Positions 37,102 to 40,559 of a DNA stretch of 40,559 nt are shown here, piece by piece. The translations under genes were made by a program, and so were the position numbers. The stretch is from positions 1-40,559 of the forward strand of contig JAYGDX010000145.1 of NCBI GenBank assembly GCA_046582655.1. The letters are read 5' to 3'. The notes below the pieces were generated by a model. The model was given only the letters and a program-made list of their open reading frames with translations, had not been told where the DNA came from and made no database searches. Each line of letters begins with the position of its first letter. Positions within the stretch are counted from its first letter, which is position 1. Source of the stretch: Candidatus Poribacteria bacterium (GTDB lineage: Bacteria > Poribacteria > WGA-4E > UBA9662).

Positions 37102-38766
37102 TTATCTAGGGAGCTTGCTTTGTGTAACAGTTAGAATCTGGTTGCCCGATACCTGATTAAGTTGTTTAGTAGTTCCATTTGGCCACCGAATTTCAAGTTG
37201 ATCAATCTGTTTAGCTTGTCCCAAACCAAAGTGGAGCCGGAAGTCACTTTGACTGAGGTAACCGGAACCGCTTTTCACCTCGCGAATCTGGATCTGATGA
37301 TTTATCTTAATTTTTACACGTGTACCGATAGCACTATGATTGTCAGATATGCCCACCAGTTTAATGATAAACCAATTGTTGTTATTCTCCGTGACATTCC
37401 ACAGAATAACAGGTTGGGCATTGAGATTGGAGACCACGACATCAATGTCCCCATCGTTGTCCAAATCACCAAAAGCAGTACCGCGGCTAACTTGTTTTTG
37501 CACCAGTATCGTTTCTGATTGATCAATAAATGCTTGACCTTTTTGATTCACAAAAATTTGGTTACGCTGAGCGTAAGTGCCAACTGGATCAATATCAGAA
37601 ATATTATGGTCGAGATGACCGTTAGCAATGAAGAGATCCAGCCAACCGTCGTTGTTCAAATCCACGAAATCAACTCCCCACGCCAGATAGGGTAAACTTT
37701 TCCCTCCAATACCTTTGGAAAAGCTAACTTCGTTAAAGAAAGCGTGTTGCTCATTTTGATACAAACTGTTGGTCTGATCCTGAAAATTGGTCACCACGAT
37801 ATCAAGATCCCCATCGTTATCGAAATCACCAAAGTTTGTTCCCATACCACTGTAGGGACGACCTTCCGTGCTTAAAGCCACTCCAGCAAAAAGGCCGATA
37901 TTTTGAAAGATCCCTTTACCGTTGTTTTGGTATAGGAAATTGGGGGTTGTATCGTTAGCCACAAATATGTCGGGATCGCCATCATTGTCATAGTCACCCC
38001 ACACCACACCCAATCCTTTTCCATCCGGTGCAAATAGACCTGCTGCTTGGGTTATGTCGCTAAACGTACCATCTCCATCATTTCGATAAAGCGAATCCGA
38101 TTCTCCCGGTAGGGCTTCAGGAGTACAATAAGTGGAAACGCCTTGATATGTGCATTTTGGATTTTCCTCTAAATCAAACTGCACGTAGTTAACGGTATAC
38201 AGGTCTAAATCGCCATCACCGTCATAATCAGCAAATGCGCAACTCGAACTCAATTGGCCACCATCAACATTCGCTTGTCGAGCAACATCCGTAAATGTTC
38301 CATCTCCGTTGTTTTTGTAGAGAATATTGGCTCCGAAGTTGGTCACGTACAGATCGACAAACCCATCGTTATTATAGTCACCTGCGCAACAACCTAGACC
38401 GTAACCTGTATCACCAACTCCCGCCAGGTCCGTAATGTCAACAAAGTTCGCGTCATCATTACGAAACAAGCTGTTGCGGTGTAGAATTTTAGTGTCCGAA
38501 TTTTGCAGGCTGTTACCATTGACAAAATAAAGATCCAGGTCATTATCATTGTCATAATCAAATAGCGCCACCCCGGAACCGAGCGGTTCCAAAAAGTATT
38601 TTTCCCCACTCGCACCGTCAGTATGCTGAAACGGGAGGCGCTGAGGTTCAAACCGTATCTGTGGTTGGGAAATGTCTGCCTTGACTGGTTGAATGTGAGT
38701 AAAGAAAAGAAACAACCCTAAATAGGCCGGAAACATCAGATGCAGGTGTACCATTTGAAAATTCAT
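37102..38766 (-). CDS. CRTAC1-family protein (FG-GAP/VCBS repeats + ASPIC/UnbV domain)
   Basis: Repeated GDYxNDGxxDLYV and LYxNxGDGTF motifs; C-terminal SGSGYLSQSD.RLHFGLG...EIRWP. Confidence 0.93.
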   Translation of the reverse strand: MNFQMVHLHLMFPAYLGLFLFFTHIQPVKADISQPQIRFEPQRLPFQHTDGASGEKYFLEPLGSGVALFDYDNDNDLDLYFVNGNSLQNSDTKILHRNSLFRNDDANFVDITDLAGVGDTGYGLGCCAGDYNNDGFVDLYVTNFGANILYKNNGDGTFTDVARQANVDGGQLSSSCAFADYDGDGDLDLYTVNYVQFDLEENPKCTYQGVSTYCTPEALPGESDSLYRNDGDGTFSDITQAAGLFAPDGKGLGVVWGDYDNDGDPDIFVANDTTPNFLYQNNGKGIFQNIGLFAGVALSTEGRPYSGMGTNFGDFDNDGDLDIVVTNFQDQTNSLYQNEQHAFFNEVSFSKGIGGKSLPYLAWGVDFVDLNNDGWLDLFIANGHLDHNISDIDPVGTYAQRNQIFVNQKGQAFIDQSETILVQKQVSRGTAFGDLDNDGDIDVVVSNLNAQPVILWNVTENNNNWFIIKLVGISDNHSAIGTRVKIKINHQIQIREVKSGSGYLSQSDFRLHFGLGQAKQIDQLEIRWPNGTTKQLNQVSGNQILTVTQSKLPR

Positions 38767-40466
38767 TTATCCAATTTCTGCTGGATTTGACGCCAGCCCT
38801 CTTGGTAAACTGAACTTTCAGGGGAGAGAGACAACGCCTTTTTAATGACGGACTCCGCTTGCAAATAATCACCCAATCGAAAATAGATCAATGCCAAGGT
38901 ATTGTGGTAACTCGCAGATTCAGAACTTAATTCTATCGCTTTCTGGGCATAATTGACCGCTTGACTCAATTGTCCTTGATTTCTACCATAAAGCTGTGCC
39001 AAGGCATGATACACCTGTGGAACCTTAGATCCATGCCGTATGATTGTCAAATATGCTTTTTCGGCTTCTCCAAATTTGTTTTTATCTTCGTAAATCTGTC
39101 CCATCTGGTAATAGGCCTGATGATATTCCGGATCAAGCTCAGTCGCACGTTTGTAAGCGTTCAAAGCCAAATCAGCCATATTATTCTGATAATCGTAAGA
39201 CAAACCCAGGTTATAGTGCGCCGCAACGTCAGTGGAAGCAATTTCTGTTGCTGATCGGTATATTTGGCTGGCTTCAGCATAACGCTTCTGATCAAGTAAG
39301 ATTTGGCCGATTTTGAGGTAGGGATCGACAAAGTCAGGTCTGGAATCGATAGCTTGCCGATAACATTTAACGGCCGTGTCCTGTTGATCTGTCAGGAAGT
39401 AGATCAATCCCAATCCGGCATGAGCTTCAGCCAGATTCTGATCCAATTCTAATGCCCGTTTTTGAGCAGAAATCGCCAGATCATATTTCTGGGTCATTGT
39501 ATAAGCTAAACCAATACCATTATGGGCTTCGACCTGTTTAGGATTTAGCCCGATAGCCTTTTGATATTCTTTGATTGCTTCTTTAAAATTTTTATGTTTG
39601 AGGTATATCTGGCCAATGTTCGATTTGATAGCGGCACGTTCCAGTTGGTCACGACTCTGTTGAAACACTCCTCGTAGTTTATTAATTGGGTCAATTTGTG
39701 ACTTCAAATTCTGGTACTGAGTCATCTGTTGTTGCGCTTTTTCCCTCTTTCCGTGACGAAAATATGCCTGAGCTAGGTTGTAGGAGGATTCAACCAGTTC
39801 TGGATTCTGTTTGAGTGCTATCAGGTAAGCAGAGATGGCTTTGTCCCATAGATTTTGCTGACCATAAAGCATGCCTAACTGGTGATGTGCCTGGGGTAGT
39901 TGAGATTGGATGGCGATCGCTCGTTTTTGTTGAGAAACGGCTTCATCCCTTTTGCCTTGATTAGCATAAACAACCCCTAATCGGTGATGAAACATAGCTT
40001 CATCGTCATTTATATCAATTGCTGTTTGGTATGCTGATTCCGCTTGGTCATAACGGTAAAGTTGTGCGTAAGAGCTGCCGAGTGCTGCATGGTATTGCGG
40101 TAGATCAGGAGAAATGTCAATCGCATTTTTGTAAGCTGAAATGGATTTGTCAAACTCCTCCTGGCCAGCTAGGCTTAGTCCCAAGCCGAAGTATCCGTCC
40201 GCTCTCTTCGGATCAATCTCAATTACCCGCTGGTATTCAACCATTGCTTGTTCAAATGCTTCCAGCAACAAATAAGTTCTGGCTAATGCCAACCGAATTT
40301 CAACCTGATTTGGATTGGTTTCCAACTGTGACTGATAATTGCGGATTTGATCGGCGAAAGATGTTTCATTTTGAGAGGTACTGGTCCAGCATAAATGAAC
40401 AACACCTGAGAAAAGAAGCAGAAGGAATCTAATCTTGGTCCGGACGTAAGATTTGCTGATTGCCAT
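38763..40466 (-). CDS. Exported tetratricopeptide repeat protein
   Basis: Hydrophobic N-terminus then many 34-aa TPRs; ATGA overlap with the CRTAC1 gene. Alternative start TTG 40487. Confidence 0.92.
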   Translation of the reverse strand: MAISKSYVRTKIRFLLLLFSGVVHLCWTSTSQNETSFADQIRNYQSQLETNPNQVEIRLALARTYLLLEAFEQAMVEYQRVIEIDPKRADGYFGLGLSLAGQEEFDKSISAYKNAIDISPDLPQYHAALGSSYAQLYRYDQAESAYQTAIDINDDEAMFHHRLGVVYANQGKRDEAVSQQKRAIAIQSQLPQAHHQLGMLYGQQNLWDKAISAYLIALKQNPELVESSYNLAQAYFRHGKREKAQQQMTQYQNLKSQIDPINKLRGVFQQSRDQLERAAIKSNIGQIYLKHKNFKEAIKEYQKAIGLNPKQVEAHNGIGLAYTMTQKYDLAISAQKRALELDQNLAEAHAGLGLIYFLTDQQDTAVKCYRQAIDSRPDFVDPYLKIGQILLDQKRYAEASQIYRSATEIASTDVAAHYNLGLSYDYQNNMADLALNAYKRATELDPEYHQAYYQMGQIYEDKNKFGEAEKAYLTIIRHGSKVPQVYHALAQLYGRNQGQLSQAVNYAQKAIELSSESASYHNTLALIYFRLGDYLQAESVIKKALSLSPESSVYQEGWRQIQQKLDK

Positions 40467-40498
40467 TATATCGGTTCTTATTCTCAATTATTGGTTGC

Positions 40499-40527
40499 AT
40501 TATAGCATCCGCTGTCAACAAGTTCAA
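40499..40527 (-). promoter_or_regulatory. Sigma70 promoter for the TPR-CRTAC1 operon
   Basis: Minus strand TTGAAC-17-TATAAT with TG extended -10. Confidence 0.65.
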
Positions 40528-40559
40528 TTGACGCTTCTTCTTAGGTATATTCAGGAAAA

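Noticed and set aside
1..40559. CRISPR arrays, tRNA/rRNA genes, prophage or recognisable defence systems
   Set aside because: No regularly spaced repeats, cloverleaf or rRNA signatures, phage structural genes, integrase or nuclease motifs were seen by eye.

Overview
Gene-dense bacterial chromosomal segment with roughly 40-43% GC by eye. The gene content (DUF6785-type membrane protein, CRTAC1/ASPIC + TPR pair, membrane-anchored VWA protein, M6 protease with a YPNP-type C-terminal domain, several enolase-superfamily and Gfo/Idh/MocA enzymes) resembles Candidatus Poribacteria or a related marine lineage; this is an inference. The window starts in the 3' end of an IS5-family element. About 30 intact CDSs follow, plus one heavily decayed comEC pseudogene. 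No rRNA, tRNA or CRISPR array was seen. The most notable items are: (i) a compact three-gene operon (dual-domain PTPS, folE, Chlorobium-like sepiapterin reductase SDR) that looks like a complete tetrahydrobiopterin pathway; (ii) a stand-alone double-stranded-RNA-binding-domain protein with its own sigma70 promoter; (iii) an AT-rich intergenic region at about 2.6-3.35 kb holding a gene remnant, a promoter plus structured RNA candidate and a dif-like Xer site with a 7-bp spacer; (iv) an ArgF-like transcarbamylase with DME instead of SMG; (v) a Ser/Thr kinase heading an aldolase-iolD-small protein operon; (vi) a lipoprotein with an apparently de-metallated zincin-like motif. All family assignments come from motif recognition by eye, not from database searches.
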